A stretch of 64,000 nt of DNA. Source: Octopus vulgaris. Taxonomy: Eukaryota. The notes under the pieces are model-generated. The model worked only from the letters and a program-made list of their open reading frames with translations, was not told the DNA's origin and ran no database searches. A program made the translations under genes and the position numbers. Location: NCBI GenBank assembly GCA_951406725.2, contig OX597814.1, positions 125,860,001 through 125,924,000 on the forward strand. Direction: 5' to 3'. Of this stretch, positions 40,360-54,231 are shown piece after piece (the first letter of the stretch is position 1; each line of letters opens with the position of its first letter).

Positions 40360-40565
40360 CCAAGAGAGAAGTCTACATGTGTTTGCTTGATTTGCTAAAA
40401 ATAACAGCTAAATTCCCTTTAAATCATTTTTACTATCCAAAAGAAAAAGTGGATGCATTAGATAATGTAGTTAGGATACACTATACCTAGAAAAAATTTT
40501 TAAATGAGAATGTCATGGTTGGATCACATGCTTGCTCAGAGCTGACCTAGGTATCAACAACAATG
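40360..40565 (+). mobile_element. Family C repeat
   Basis: Colinear with 22480-22700. Confidence 0.6.
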
Positions 40566-40804
40566 ACATTAAGTGTTTAAAAAGACTGAACTGTCTAATA
40601 CATCACAATGTACTTTATTAATTGCATGATATCTTGGGTTAGTGTCTAAAATAGTCATGGGCCTACCAAAACCTTGTGGGCGGATTTGAGAGAGAAACAA
40701 ATGGAAAACAGGGCAAGTAACATAAAGAATGACCCTTTATCAGTTGTCGGCTGCCTATCTACTCCTCATTTCGAGCATTGTATATATCTATATATATGCA
40801 TTTA

Positions 40805-40837
<33 letters not shown>

Positions 40838-41879
40838 CATGTGGTAGTGATGGTGGTGGCGGTAGTGGTCTTAATGATTTTCTCAAAGTAATGGTTTTAT
40901 CTGACTGTTTTCAAAATAATCCCAATATACTAAATGCCTTCATAATGAAGGTTTTATATCAACTGTTTGATTTTCTTCTAAATATCTCAGTTTCTTTGTC
41001 CCTTGACATATTATTATCATGAATTTCTAGAGACTTGTCTGTTTTACAGGAATGGATTGTTGTCCCAGTGTTGAAACATCCTCTTCTTAATGAAGATACT
41101 ATTTCCCATGAGGTTGAGTTGAACTTGATCTTTATAAAATACTGAGACTGTGATCTTTATAAAACACACAACCAGTAGATCAGCATAAAGCAAAGCAGCC
41201 TGTATGTTGTGGCTCTGGCTGCTAGAAATAGAGCTAAACCTCCCTCAAATCACACACCTCTGTCTTAAAAGAGGAAGAGTGCTCTGTAAAATATAGTGTA
41301 CGTTGTCTAAAAAGGAGACAGAATGGTCACAGCTTAAGTACTTGTGATCATCACAAATGCTTTTGCACTTTAGAGCAGCACCAGTTATATTTTTAGTAGT
41401 AAATGAGGATTATGGATACAGCATAAAGGGGATCCATCTACTGGAATCTTACTTTTTGGAATAATTATTTCCTGGAAATGTTAATGACAAAAGTAAGTGC
41501 AAAAGAGGAAACTACACCATCATTGATATCAGTAGAGATGGTTAATTTTAAGAGAGGATTCTGTTTTGTTTCTCTTTGTTAATACCATTTAGGTTGTATG
41601 CTGAAAACCAGTGTAAACCAATAATCTATGGAAATTTGGGTACATTTTGCTCCCTATGCTGTAAATATCTATCTAATATTTTGTAGGAAAAGCAAATATA
41701 ATTAACCAACAGCTGAAGATATATTAATTGTTTTTAGAAGAACACATCTGTGTTCATTCATTGTCATAATTGAATGAGAAAATTATAGCAGCTTGTTTGT
41801 TGCTGGTTATTCCAAAACCATACTGATTACCGAAAAACAGGCTTTTTTTCCTGTTAAGAAATAAATATCATTGTCCTCA

Positions 41880-42348
41880 TTATCATCATCATCACCATCA
41901 TTGTTTTAACATCCACTTTTCCATGCTCACATGCATTAGACAGAATTTTTTTGAGGTAGATTTACTACAGCCAGATGTTCTTTCTGTTGGCAACCCTCAC
42001 TTGTTTCAAAGTTAGGTAATATTTCTCCATGACCAGACATTGTTTTCATGGAAGATTGGAAATGAAGAACATGGTTTGCATGATAGTGACATTCATTACA
42101 TGAAGTAAAGGCAAAAAGACTGTAACATACAAATGCATGCATACATACACTCACTCACACACACACACACGCACACACACACACACACACACACATGATT
42201 GGCTTCTTTCAGTTTCAACCTATCAAATCCACTCAAGGACTTCGGTTGGCCCCTGGCCATTGCAGAAGCTACTTGGCCAAAGTGCCATGCAGTGGAACTG
42301 AACTGAAGACCATGTGGTTGGATGCAAACTTCTTACTACACAAGCATG
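41880..42348 (-). mobile_element. Composite SINE: family A head + (TG)n + RTE-like tail
   Basis: 42197-42348 is the reverse complement of the family A head; 41880-42120 is the reverse complement of 37465-37712. Confidence 0.75.
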
Positions 42349-42649
42349 ATTCATGAGTCATTTATTACTAATTCAACTAGCTTCACTGATGAAATCAAAT
42401 AAAGCAGCATATCTGGAACTGTCTTCTATATTAGACAAGAAAATGAAAAAAATAAAATTTGTCATTGACTAACATTTTTTTCTGGCCACCTTTCAAGTGT
42501 TTTTTTTTAATTCCCCCTAATGAATATAGGATTTAATTATTTCTGCAACTGATATACGCTTTAGCAAGTCTACATGGAAAAATACTGATATAAGACTAGC
42601 TTCAGTAATTTGCTAGTACCAAGATATAAAGTATTGTGCTGTGTTCTAG

Positions 42650-42860
42650 CATGTTGTTGCTTTTGTTGTTTAACTTGAAGTCATTTCTAGCAATTAGATG
42701 GGCCAGTGGTTAAAGGTATTTTAGCTATGATCATTCATTCTTTTCAGGGGTGTGTAGTTCTACATTATTTCATGTGACTTTTTTTTTCCAAAGATTGCAG
42801 AGAGTGATTTGGGGAAGATATAGCTGCTACTTCTAGTAGAAAGAGCAACCAAATGACATA
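42650..42860 (-). mobile_element. Family C repeat
   Basis: Reverse complement similarity; further copies at ~43430-43620 and ~43950-44130. Confidence 0.55.
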
Positions 42861-45800
42861 GATAAAGCACATGACATACACATATATGCGTTGACCATGC
42901 AATATCCACATAAAAACATATATATAAACTATGTCACATATACATGTAAACACTTATGTCAACCATGCATGATTAAGTTGTTCAGTTCAAAACCTCATAG
43001 TATAGGTTAGATTCTACTGTGCAGTACCTGGAGCACATCTTCTACTGGAGCTTGTGGGTAACCAGTAACTTATGGGGGCTGGTGGAATTTAGTTGACAGA
43101 CCTTGTGCAGGAGCCTATTTGTGTGTGTGTATGCGCACATGTCCATATACCCAAATACACACACAATTAAAATAATAACAGTAAAACAATGAAAGAACAA
43201 AGATTTTCACTTGTAATTACTCCAAGTTTTATTTTGCCACTTATCTTTATTTAGAAACTGAAACCAGTATAAATATGTATATATGGACAAAGGACAGATG
43301 GATTTTATTTTCTCTTTCTTCCCCTTTCCATCAACAAGTTTCCAGTCCTTCCTCTGTTCATCATCATATAGCTTTTTAACATCAGATTTTATGCTACACT
43401 ATTGCCTTTTAAAATAGACACATTTGTTTTTTTAGCACCAGGTTAGTTCTGATTGAGCAAATCTCTGATAAAAAAGCAGTCAAGCGATCATCCTGCCAAG
43501 CTATAATATAATATATTCCAAGCTATAATGTCCAATATCTGTCCTTTTTTATTAAGACTGTACCATATGTAATATAAGGAAGATTTGATTGCTATTTCTA
43601 GCAGTTCAAGTGGTAGCTAAGTGGTTCACAACTGTCTCTGCAAGTATGTGTTCCTGAAAATTGCTGTGCATGGATGTGCTAGTCACTGTGTATATTGTGT
43701 TTCTGTATATTAATGTTACTATGTATGACATGGGATAGATTTGTCTAGCAACCATAAAGAATATCTGTGGTTATCCCATACATATATGTATGTATGTACA
43801 CGAGACAGTAGAGTGTGAGGTGAGTGGCAACTGATTGTTGTTTCAATTAGGTTTAATTGGTCTGTTGCAGGTGGAAATACAAACGGAACATGCTCATGCA
43901 GTGATTTGAAAGATAAATTATTTTAAGATACATACAATGTATTATAATTGCTGCTGTTGTTTATTCCAGACTAGTTGTGATCAAATAGATTATTGATAAA
44001 AAGCAATCCTGCTGTGATTATTCTGTCTTTTTGTAAGTTACGGAATCACATTGTCCAATGTATTCCTTTTTTTTTTAAGACTGCTGAATATGTGATTTAA
44101 GGAAGATGTGACTGTTATTTTTATCAGTTTTAGCTATTATGTGTAATCATTGACTGATACATACCTACATGCACATATACACACACACATACATATATAT
44201 CGATGCATGCACACACATATACATACATACACATTAAATAATGATGCTATTGATATACGTGTGAGTGTGTGTATATATAAACATGCAAACTTACAAGAAT
44301 ACGTATAGATATTCACACACATGAGACTAGTGTGTGATTTAAGGAGTGTTAGGTGCTGCATTTACAAGACGTAAGTTGTCTGTTTTGGGATCGAATACAA
44401 AAAATACTTGCAACTCTTTGAAATGCTAGCCTTAATATACACAGTAAATGGTAGCAATTAATTTGATTGGTTACTTAATTTAGTTTAAGTAAAGCCATTT
44501 CATCTTCTGCACATGTGCTGTTTAATCAGGAGAAAATGAAGATAAAAGAATTGCTTGTGTGTGTGTGTGTGCATGCGCGCATGTGCGTGCATGCATGTGC
44601 GTGTGCATGTGTGTGCATTTTTATTTATACTGGTGTAAAACCCAGTCTTATTACTCATCTTTTCCAGCTTGTTTTCTGTTGCCATTTATGCTGTGTACCT
44701 TTCTGTCAGGTAACTTAGATATTCAGCATTCAGTAAAACAGAGCTTCATAAAATAAGTACCAAGCTGAAATATATACTGAGGTTAATATGATAACTAAAA
44801 CCCTCGAAGTTGATTCCTAGCATGACTGCAATCCAATGACTGAAACCAGAACCAAAAATTCAAATGTCAAGAATGTCTCATAATACTCATGTAAACACCA
44901 TATATCAACCATGTGATGTACACATGTGAAAACATGCATTGCTCATGTTAGACACACAAATAAACACAGTCAAAATGTCATATACACACATAAATACATC
45001 AGCCAAATGCAATATACATATAAACACAAACATCAGCCATGTGACATGCTCATATGAATGCATACTTCAGCTGTACCATATGCATATTAACATATACATC
45101 AGCCATATGTATATCTTTATATTAACACATGCATCAGCCATGTGTATATGTTTATATGAGTTATACTCATATAAACATATATATAACTCATATAAACATA
45201 TACTCACTCATCGACCATCTAACATACATATGTGCAACAAGCACAAACCCATATCCTAGCTAGAAGGAAGAGATGTGAGAATTTTGTCTAACTTCCAGCT
45301 ATTTCATTCACTAGTCTTGGTTTTCTTTCTTGCCATATTTATTTATACAGTTTTCAATCTCTTTTTCTTTTTCTACTTTCTACAACTAGATTTAATTTCA
45401 ATGTCAATAGCAAATATTATAATATCCTCATAACTATTATTATTATTATTATTATTGTTGTTGTTGTTGTTGTTGTTGTTGTCCTTATTATTATTATTAT
45501 TATTATTATTATATTTATCTGCTAAATTATTATTGAGAATTATATATTTCCATCTTTATTAAAATCTAATGTATAGTTGTGGTGAAATGGTGCTGGAAGA
45601 TAAAACCTGTTTGGTGACAGCCTGACAATGATCAAAGCATTTAAAAAAACAGTAATTTATAATAAAATATAGCATTATATTTTACTGTGTAGGGGATGTA
45701 GATTTTTCAATGATGCTTCTTTTTTTGTTGTGTTCCTTTTTTTTTTAAACTCTTAGAACTCTTATAAATAATTGTTTCCTCTAAGTATAAAAAGGGTTTT

Positions 45801-46093
45801 GTAGATTTGTTTTAGAACTCTGTCGGAATTCTTTTTTATTATTATTATTTTTTCCAGGTGGAATCAAAGGAAATCGAACTTAAAAAATTCATTCTTTCAA
45901 ACTTGAATTGTAAAGTGAAAAGAGTAATTTATTTTATTTAATGGTTTTTAATTCAGTGTTAGCAATAAAAATCTGCTTTTGAATTTGCCTAAAAACCGTT
46001 TCATATATTCATATATAATTAATAATCTAAGCTAGAGATATTACACAGAAGGAGAGTAGATAAAATTATTTATTTATTTATTCATTCATTCAT

Positions 46094-46149
<56 letters not shown>

Positions 46150-47562
46150 GCGCATTGTTGATTATTGGTGTATATTATAATTATTATTATCTTACATATT
46201 ATTATCATCAGCATCAATTTCATCATCATCATCATTATTATTTTAATATAACAAAAAAGATAAAGCTAATACATGAGATTAGTAATCATTCTGAACTGTT
46301 GATGTAATTTCTGAGCAGCAACTAGATTATTAAATAGCTGTGCCAAACATTGATTCTTGCTAGCATGTCACAAAAACAGATTTATTTCTGCTACACAGTC
46401 AGAATAATAATTAAAAATATATATAAAAAAAATAGTATTAAAAAAAAATGAAAGAAAAAAGCAGGAATGCACCAGTATACATTAGTGTGTTCCGAACTGC
46501 AGATACAATTTTTACTGTTTACAATTAAGTGCTGATATTTTGGCAAATATGTAATTTTGTATTATTTTTATTTGTTAAGTACATCGTGTTCACAGTTTTA
46601 GCAAACACTGGCTTTCTGTTTGCTTTCTCTAGCTATTACTGCAAATCTAGTGAACTGTGAATGCTCCCAATGTTTAGAAGAAAAGAAATATATATATATG
46701 CGCATGTGTATGCATATATGCATACATATGCACGTGTGTATGCATACATGCACTTGCATATATATATATATATATATATATCATCAGGTACCAATTAGTT
46801 ACACCTGTCTTAATAAAGCAAGTCTCATTTTGCCATATGCTGGAGTTTTGTTTGTTTTTTGTAAATTTGTGTAAACCCTTCTCTCCCTATTCAATAAAAC
46901 TAAATTTCACTTTATTTTTTCCCCATACCACTATGATGGTAGTCACTTCTTTTCAGCTGTAGGCTACTACAAAATAATCAATTTATTTCAATTTATTTTC
47001 CTCTTGATTATTTCCTTTTTGATTTTTTTCTTTTTTGTTAAGAATCTCGAAAGGTTCACTTATTTCAGCCTGATTTGTTCGATTCCTTCATTAAAGCTGC
47101 CAATAAAGCATGAATGGAATTAAATTTTGAATATCTGATTTATTGAAGCTAATAATGTTTTCAAAATAATCTATGTAGTTTCTGTGCAATCTTAGAAAAA
47201 ACTGAAATTTCCTATTTGATTTCTGTATAATCTTCTGCTTGTGATTAGTGGTAAATAATTGTGTCCTTTCTTTGGACTTATAGTATAGAAAACATCTTCG
47301 GTACAACCTCTAATTTATCCCCAAAATGTCATTTGATAGTTGATAAAATATTGTTATATATATGTATGTATACATATAAATACACATATATATGTGTGTA
47401 TTTTTTAGTGTCTGATGTTAGTTGGACATTATGAAGAAGCAGAGCCTCAATATAATTATTTGACTTGCATGAATTAGTGGCCAAATCTTTTTCAGATTAC
47501 TTCCTCAAATCTCATCAAATCACTCCCTATCATTTTACATATGTGTTGTTTATGTTATGTTT

Positions 47563-47597
<35 letters not shown>

Positions 47598-50075
47598 ATG
47601 ACTAACCTAGCTTTTAATCTCTCTAGTATTGCAAGAAAAAAGGTGCCAACAAAATACTGAGAAAAATCATAAAAGGACAGACAATATGAGGCATGATAGC
47701 TAAGAACATCCAATAATAATATCACTAAGTAATTTCCTTCAGTGATTTATTTTCCAATAATATAGATGCTTTGAAAACAAATTTTATTAATATCACCTGA
47801 TATTATTGGTTAACTTCACAATAATAACTCCCATCCAAACTACCACTATTAACACATGCACTGGTAAGGATTGAACAAAATTGTTAATTTCAAGATTATG
47901 AGTTGTTGGAGGTTGGTTAGCTTGACCTACAGCTTTACCAACTATCATAAGTTTTAAAAGTGAGCTAGATGAAATAACTTAAGTGGACCAGTGGTATGAA
48001 TTTAAACAATTCAAGTGGGTGGTAATGCCAAAAATTCTAAATGAAATTAAATTTGCCTTTTAGTTGGTGAAAAGAAACAAAAATTTGATTGCATTTGTTA
48101 GCAACTTTTAAAGAAAAGGGAATATAATTTCAAGAAAATTTGAATTAATTTCACTGAGAATTGCTTCAGGTTAATAAACTGGTGGCTGGGATGCATTTCA
48201 ATCTTATTTAACCTCATCAGTGGGGCATAATCTTCTCAAAGCTTTGTTGGTTAGGTCACACAATTGCCAGATACAGAGAATAGTTAATGAAAAAAACACA
48301 GAATGGAAATTGACAGAATTAGTATAATTCCATTTCTCTGATTTTTATATCCATTCCTATGAATTTCAAATGAAGAGAAGTTACAGTGTTCTACATATTT
48401 ATCAGATGTTTACCTGATGCTTTATATGAAATGTTTACTACAGACTCTGTATCTTGAATTTATCAGACTCTTTGCATCAAATGTTTAACAGATACTTGCT
48501 GTCACATATCAGATACTCTGTACCTTGTATTTATCAGATATTCTATACCACATTTGGTACCACGTATCCGGCTGTTGCCTTGCAACTGCATGGCTTCACT
48601 TTACTACTCTGTGTGATAGGATTGAACTCAATATCACTACTCAGTGCCTTGAGCAAATATATTCTTCTATAGTCTTAAGTTTTAAGTAGGTCAATGATAT
48701 GAATTTAAACAATTCAAGTAGGTAATGGTGCCGAGTATTACAGGAGATGGAAACAATGTGCAAGTACGTTGGCAGGACCATTCACATTCAGAAATCTAGT
48801 TTAACATGATTATCTGAACATTGGGTACGTTTTGTGGATCTCACTTGTTGCAAGCATTTTCACTTGGTATCTGATCTGAATATAACTTCCTTACTTCCTT
48901 CAGTCTTGGAGACTCAGAAAATAATTGTGGCTGACTGCCCTTCTTCCTCTGACTAAACCATTAAAAAGATTTAAAAAACTTGTTAACAGTTGAAATATTC
49001 TTGTGACATATTCAAAACCATAAGGAAGCTATTTGCTGTTTTTTGTCATGGAGAAAAATTGTTGCTGCTGATGAATAGGTGTAAACATTCCAAGTCAATT
49101 TAAGACTTCCCCTACCCAGACGATGGATACATGCAGTTTGGAATAGTTATCTCCTCTTCAGCACTGAACACTGGAAAAGGAAGTGCTATGGACTGACAAC
49201 AAAAGACCAGGTCTCTCTAATTCTCTCCCTTTTATATTTGTACACATCACTGCTTAGTCTTCTAATCTGTATTAAAAAGAAAATATATCTTGTATTTATG
49301 AGATACTCTGTACTAAGTATTTATTGAACACTCTGTACCACATGTTTATCAGATGCTTCAAGTCAAATTACTAGGAAGTAAAACTTAAATAATAAGGTAC
49401 AGTTTGCTAAATTATTCTCTTGTTTCAAGTTTGAGTTATGTGACCTATCACACCCTTATGTCAAAACAATAAGAATAATGAGCACACAACGAGTAGAAAG
49501 TACTTGTGAGATTTTAAAATACTCAAATGTTTGAAGCTATATTAAATATATATGTGTATATCAAATATGTATGTATATGCATTCACATATATGTGTGTGT
49601 TTGAGTGTGTATATACCATATATGTATATACATATACACATTGCATTGCCACATCAATATTTTGCCTGCATTAATGTTATTTAATGCCTGCATTAATGTT
49701 ATTTACCATCTCTCAGCAACCTTCATCTCCTCTACTTTCTCTTCTCTCTCTCTCTCTCTCCCCACCCCCCTTTCTCTCTGGCAGATTGTAATCCTCTCCA
49801 CAATCCTTTTCTCATTTCCCTTGATTCTAATACTATTGCCTAAACATGTTTCATTCCTTTTGAACTTGGATTCTCTACCTATCACTTCATTCACTTTTAC
49901 ATTTCTCTCTTTTGTTCAAAGGCTAACAATCTGCTCTTGATTTTTTTCTTATCAGATCAGTCTTGGTCTGTTTCTTTTTTTTTTTGTCACTCTAGTCAAA
50001 AGACCTTCATTATTTAATATTCTTTGTCACTCCATTACAAGTTGTGTTTGTTTTAACCATAAAAGCTAAATTTAA

Positions 50076-50277
50076 CCCCTTTGTTAGCATATTTCTATTG
50101 AATACTCTGCCTTTGTTTCAACTATTTTTAAAAATGATGAATAACAGGAGTAAACAGATTGTCAATATTAATCTGATATTTGTAATATAAATTAATGGGA
50201 AATTTTAGTCGAAATTTTTGAAATCACTTTAAAACAAGCATCAGAGGTACTCTTGGGCAAGTTTGATAGCAAAAGGG
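50076..50277. mobile_element. piggyBac-like MITE
   Basis: TTAA|CCCCTTTGTTA ... TAGCAAAAGGG|TTAA. Confidence 0.7.
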
Positions 50278-50589
50278 TTAAATATTGTTGTACAATTTGA
50301 GTTAAGAGAGTTCTTGATGTTTGTCAAAATATGGTTGAGTTAGTGTGTTAGTTCAAATATCGATGCATACACTCAAGTGTGTACATCTGTTCACATAAGA
50401 ATATTGGATTGAGACTTTTTGAGTTATGACTTAAACAAAACTTGACTTAAACAGGATTCGAATAATCCTATCAGGTGGTGCTATTAAGTTAGACATGGCC
50501 TGGACCAATCTTTGGTTGAAACATATCTAAGTTTATCTAAGTTTATATTTGCATGTTTGTAGGTAGATATGTACATATCTATATACACA

Positions 50590-50772
50590 GGTTACTGTTT
50601 ACGAAAAAAACAAAAGACGAAGACAGGTGGTGTACAAAACAAGCAGATGTATTAGTATAACGCTCAGGAATCGAAAAAATGCCTTTTACGTTTCAAGCCT
50701 ACGCTCTTCTACAGAAAGGAACACAGAAAAAACAAGGAGAGAAAAATATGTGTGTAGTGGCTAATGATCTAT
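50590..50772 (-). mobile_element. Solo Penelope-like terminal repeat
   Basis: Reverse complement is homologous to 10395-10580; flanked by TA-rich tracts. Confidence 0.75.
50682..50719 (-). ncRNA. Minimal type-I hammerhead ribozyme-like motif (variant core)
   Basis: Minus strand: CCUUU CUGUAGA A GAGC-GUAG-GCUU GAAA C GUA^ AAAGG; 5-bp stem I, 4-bp stem II, palindromic ACGU in place of stem III. Confidence 0.65.
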
Positions 50773-51204
50773 CTATCTATATATATATCATGTGGACGAT
50801 CATATTTTCAGCTGGGACATTACAACCATAATGATAGTTCAAGTGCTTCAATTCTGTATATGTACATATATTTACTTGATTGCTAACATTTACCAATGGT
50901 TTCTCCCATTGTTTTGATGTACCATTTTCTTTCATTAATAAAACTGTCAGCCTTTTTGATGACATGAGTATGCTAGTTTATTAATAAAATATGTTTATCT
51001 AAGTCTACATTTTATATTGAGTTCCTGTCAGATAATGCTTCAATCAATGTTTGACATGTATGTTTAAACACCTATGAAATACTTTATGATAACGAAAAAT
51101 CTTTTACAGGATTTATGTTCCCTATAGTCTTAGTTATCTCTTAACAGTATTCTTTGAAGTAGATTGATTATATATATATATATATATATACATACATACA
51201 TACA

Positions 51205-51662
51205 TCATCATCATCATCATCATCGTTTAACGTCTGCTTTCTATGCTAGCATGGGTTGGAAGATTTGACTGAGGACTGGCGAACCAGATGGCTGCACCAG
51301 GCTCCACTCTGATCTGGCAGAGTTTCTACAGATGGATGCCCTTCCTAACACCAACCACTCTGAGAGTGTAATTGGTACTTTTACGTGCCACCGGCACTAG
51401 GGCCAGTCAGGCGATATTGGCAACGGCCACACTCAAGTGGTGTTTTTTACGTGCCACCTGCACAGAAGCCAGTCCAGCAGCACTGGCAACCATCTCACCC
51501 GAATGTTTTTCACACGCTACTGGCACAAGTGCCAGTAAGGCAAATGGTGCTTTTTACATGCCACCAGCACATAAGCCAGTCATGTTCTGACAGCAATCAC
51601 GCTCGGATGGTGCTCTTAGCACTCCACTAGCATGATTTCGATTTCACTTGCCTCAACAGGTC

Positions 51663-51665
<3 letters not shown>
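51205..51665 (-). mobile_element. Family B element with ~65-bp internal tandem modules
   Basis: (CAT)n tail end, GGATGCCCTTCCTAAC, then 4-5 units of TTTTACGTGCCACC.GCAC..GCCAGT..; between (TA)n tracts. Confidence 0.85.
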
Positions 51666-51704
<39 letters not shown>

Positions 51705-51785
51705 GTACACACAAACACACAATTTTTAATCAACAAATGAGAGAAAGATAAATCAATATATGTAATAGTATTTTGTATTTATATA

Positions 51786-53105
51786 TCATCATTTTATATT
51801 TGTTTTCCATGATGGCATGTGTTGGGCAAGTGTCATGGTCCAAGTCCTTTCTTTTTAGGAACTACTGCATTTATAGACTAGTACTTATACAGTCATTTTG
51901 GGTTATATTATATAGCTAGATGACTTTCCTATCATCAATCTCTTTAAAGTGCATACTGTGTAGATTTTCTTGTGACACTAACAACAAAGGGTTTGGTAAG
52001 TCCTTAGTGAGACAGGGTTAAAAGAACCTTTCAACCCTCCAGCTCCACTCATTTTCCATATACTTTACAGTTTATACTAGGCACATTTTTTGTGGCACCT
52101 ACACTAGAGAGGTTATCACATCCTCAGTGAAACAACTAATGGATCTCTCAACCCTACTTTATTTATGTTCTCTCATCAGAGAACTCAGTAACCGAAGACA
52201 TACTTTTACTCAGGCAATACGATTAAAGTCTGGATGGGTGAGTGAAAAGAGCATGAGCAGGATGGTAGAGACAGTTAGTGGAGTGGAGATAACAATAACA
52301 GTGTTGGATGAAGCAAAAGTAGATGATGGATGACAAAGAGAAGCAATTCAGAGAATGAGGGAGAGCGAGAGAGTGGTGGTGGATGGGAGGTCAGACAGGG
52401 GGAAGTCAAGCAGTTGGGATGCAGATGGTTAAATGCTTAGAGATGCATAGTGAGAAGAACTATCCAATGCAGTCTCTTAAACATGAGCTAGTGAAAGGAG
52501 AGTGTAGTAGATTAACCCTTTCAAATTCTGTATTTAGTTTGAGATGTTCTGTGTTTCTTTCAATTACTTTAAATATAACAAAGAATTTAGTAAAATAATT
52601 TAGTTATCATTCAGCTAGTGTTAGGAACATAAATTCTGAGTTAGGTTTGGTGGAGGATTTTAATTCAAAACTTATGAAAACGAGACATTTGTACTTGGAG
52701 CCAGAGCCGGTTTCAACCGGGTTGGTAACGAACGGGTTAAAGATGATGGTGGTAAGGAGGGTTAGGCAGTGTAACGAGGACGGTTGTGATGGGGAACCAT
52801 TTGTCATTTGCAAGCATCACAGTTGTTGAGAGGAGAGATGGAAAGATATGAGTGATAGGGAAATGATTGAAGTGAGTGGGGAAATAGAAAGAAGATGAAA
52901 CATGCACACAGGTAGAGTGATGGGAATAGATCAATAGTCTCCCATACAGTGACCTAACAAAAGGTGGGAGTGGCAGTTTGATGGGATGGTGGTAAGGAGG
53001 AGCAACCATTCATAGTTTGTAATCATCATTGGTGTCAGGGAGATAAGAGGTGGAGTGGTATGAATGATTGAAAGATGATTGAAGTGAATGGGGAGATGAG
53101 TGAAG
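51786..53105 (-). mobile_element. Old family B-like element with long purine-rich extension
   Basis: Decayed tail (CATCATTTTA..TTTTCCATGATGGCATG) and GA-rich body; interrupted by a MITE. Confidence 0.45.
52516..52736. mobile_element. piggyBac-like MITE
   Basis: TTAA|CCCTTTC ... GAACGGG|TTAA. Confidence 0.75.
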
Positions 53106-53152
53106 GAGTATATATATATGTGTGTGTGTGTATATATATATATATAAAACCA

Positions 53153-53183
53153 TAAAAGTCTGATACTCTACCGACTGAGCTAT
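53153..53183 (-). pseudogene. tRNA-Lys(UUU) 5'-half fragment
   Basis: Minus strand ATAGCTCAGTCGGTAGAGTATCAGACTTTTA matches the metazoan tRNA-Lys(UUU) D-arm to anticodon, as I recall it, at 30/31. Confidence 0.75.
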
Positions 53184-53789
53184 ATATATATATATATATG
53201 ACAGTTTTAGGATTTTTGCCAGTTAATCACTGGAAATGAACCAGTTGTAATTGACTTGAAACTGTATGTATTTCCCATGCAATATTTGTAATTTAAACAT
53301 GTTTACATCATTTTTTGCTTTGTGTGCTGGTGAATGTAATAGTCCATCAAAAACAGGGAAACAAAAGCCTGTTAAAACATATTTTCTGATGTGGCATAAT
53401 TATAGTTTGCAACAGTTTATTTACAGTACATAAAGGTGTATAAGTTGGCAGTGGTATAAACATTTCAGCTCTTGTACTTGTAAATAGATAGTGAAACCTT
53501 CAGATAATATTATGTGCAATGATTATCCCTTCAGTTTAATCCAGACACAGAGAACAGATACAGCCATAAATTATTGAAGACAGAAGAATATTGGTGAATT
53601 AGTTAGGGTTGTGTTATGTTTGAAACTTACACACTTATTCAGTTGTGCCCACACAAGCTTACATGAATAAATATAGCTAAGGTCTATTGGCAATTGGTAC
53701 AAAATGAAAACGAAAAACAATGGGAAATAACCTTGTTACTAATGCAAGTAGGGTTTCTCCTACCTGTTTATGATGATCTGTTATTACTA

Positions 53790-53913
53790 TTATTTCAACT
53801 TTGCTTTCATCCTTATGAGGTTGGCTAAATAAGTCCCAGTTAAGTACTGGGATCAATGTAATTGACTTTTCCTCTTCCCCCAAATTTCAGGTCTTGTACC
53901 AATACTAGAAAGG

Positions 53914-53978
<65 letters not shown>

Positions 53979-54165
53979 GGCAGCAAGCTGGCAGAATTGT
54001 TAGCATGCGGGGTAAGATGCTTAGCAGTATTTTGTCCGTCTTTACATTCTAAGTTCAAATTTCTCCAGAGTCAATGAATAAATACCAGTTGAGTAATGGG
54101 GTTGATGTAATCGACTCCCTCCCCCAAATTTCAGGTCTTGCTTGTGCCTATAGTAGAAAGGATTA
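53790..54165 (+). mobile_element. Two tandem family D SINE pieces separated by (TTA)n
   Basis: Both end CCCCAAATTTCAGGTCTTG..TAGAAAGGATTATT; the second starts AAGGCAGCAAGCTGGCAGAATTGTTAGC. Confidence 0.75.
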
Positions 54166-54168
54166 TTG

Positions 54169-54205
<37 letters not shown>

Positions 54206-54231
54206 CATTATTATCATTATTATTATTATTT

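Noticed and set aside
51372-51632. CRISPR-like repeat/spacer appearance
   Set aside because: Whole units are homologous (no unique spacers), lie inside a eukaryotic retro-repeat, and no cas genes are present
53226-53273. Possible third hammerhead (CTGGAAAT..GAAACTGTA)
   Set aside because: Core and stem II are too degenerate to support
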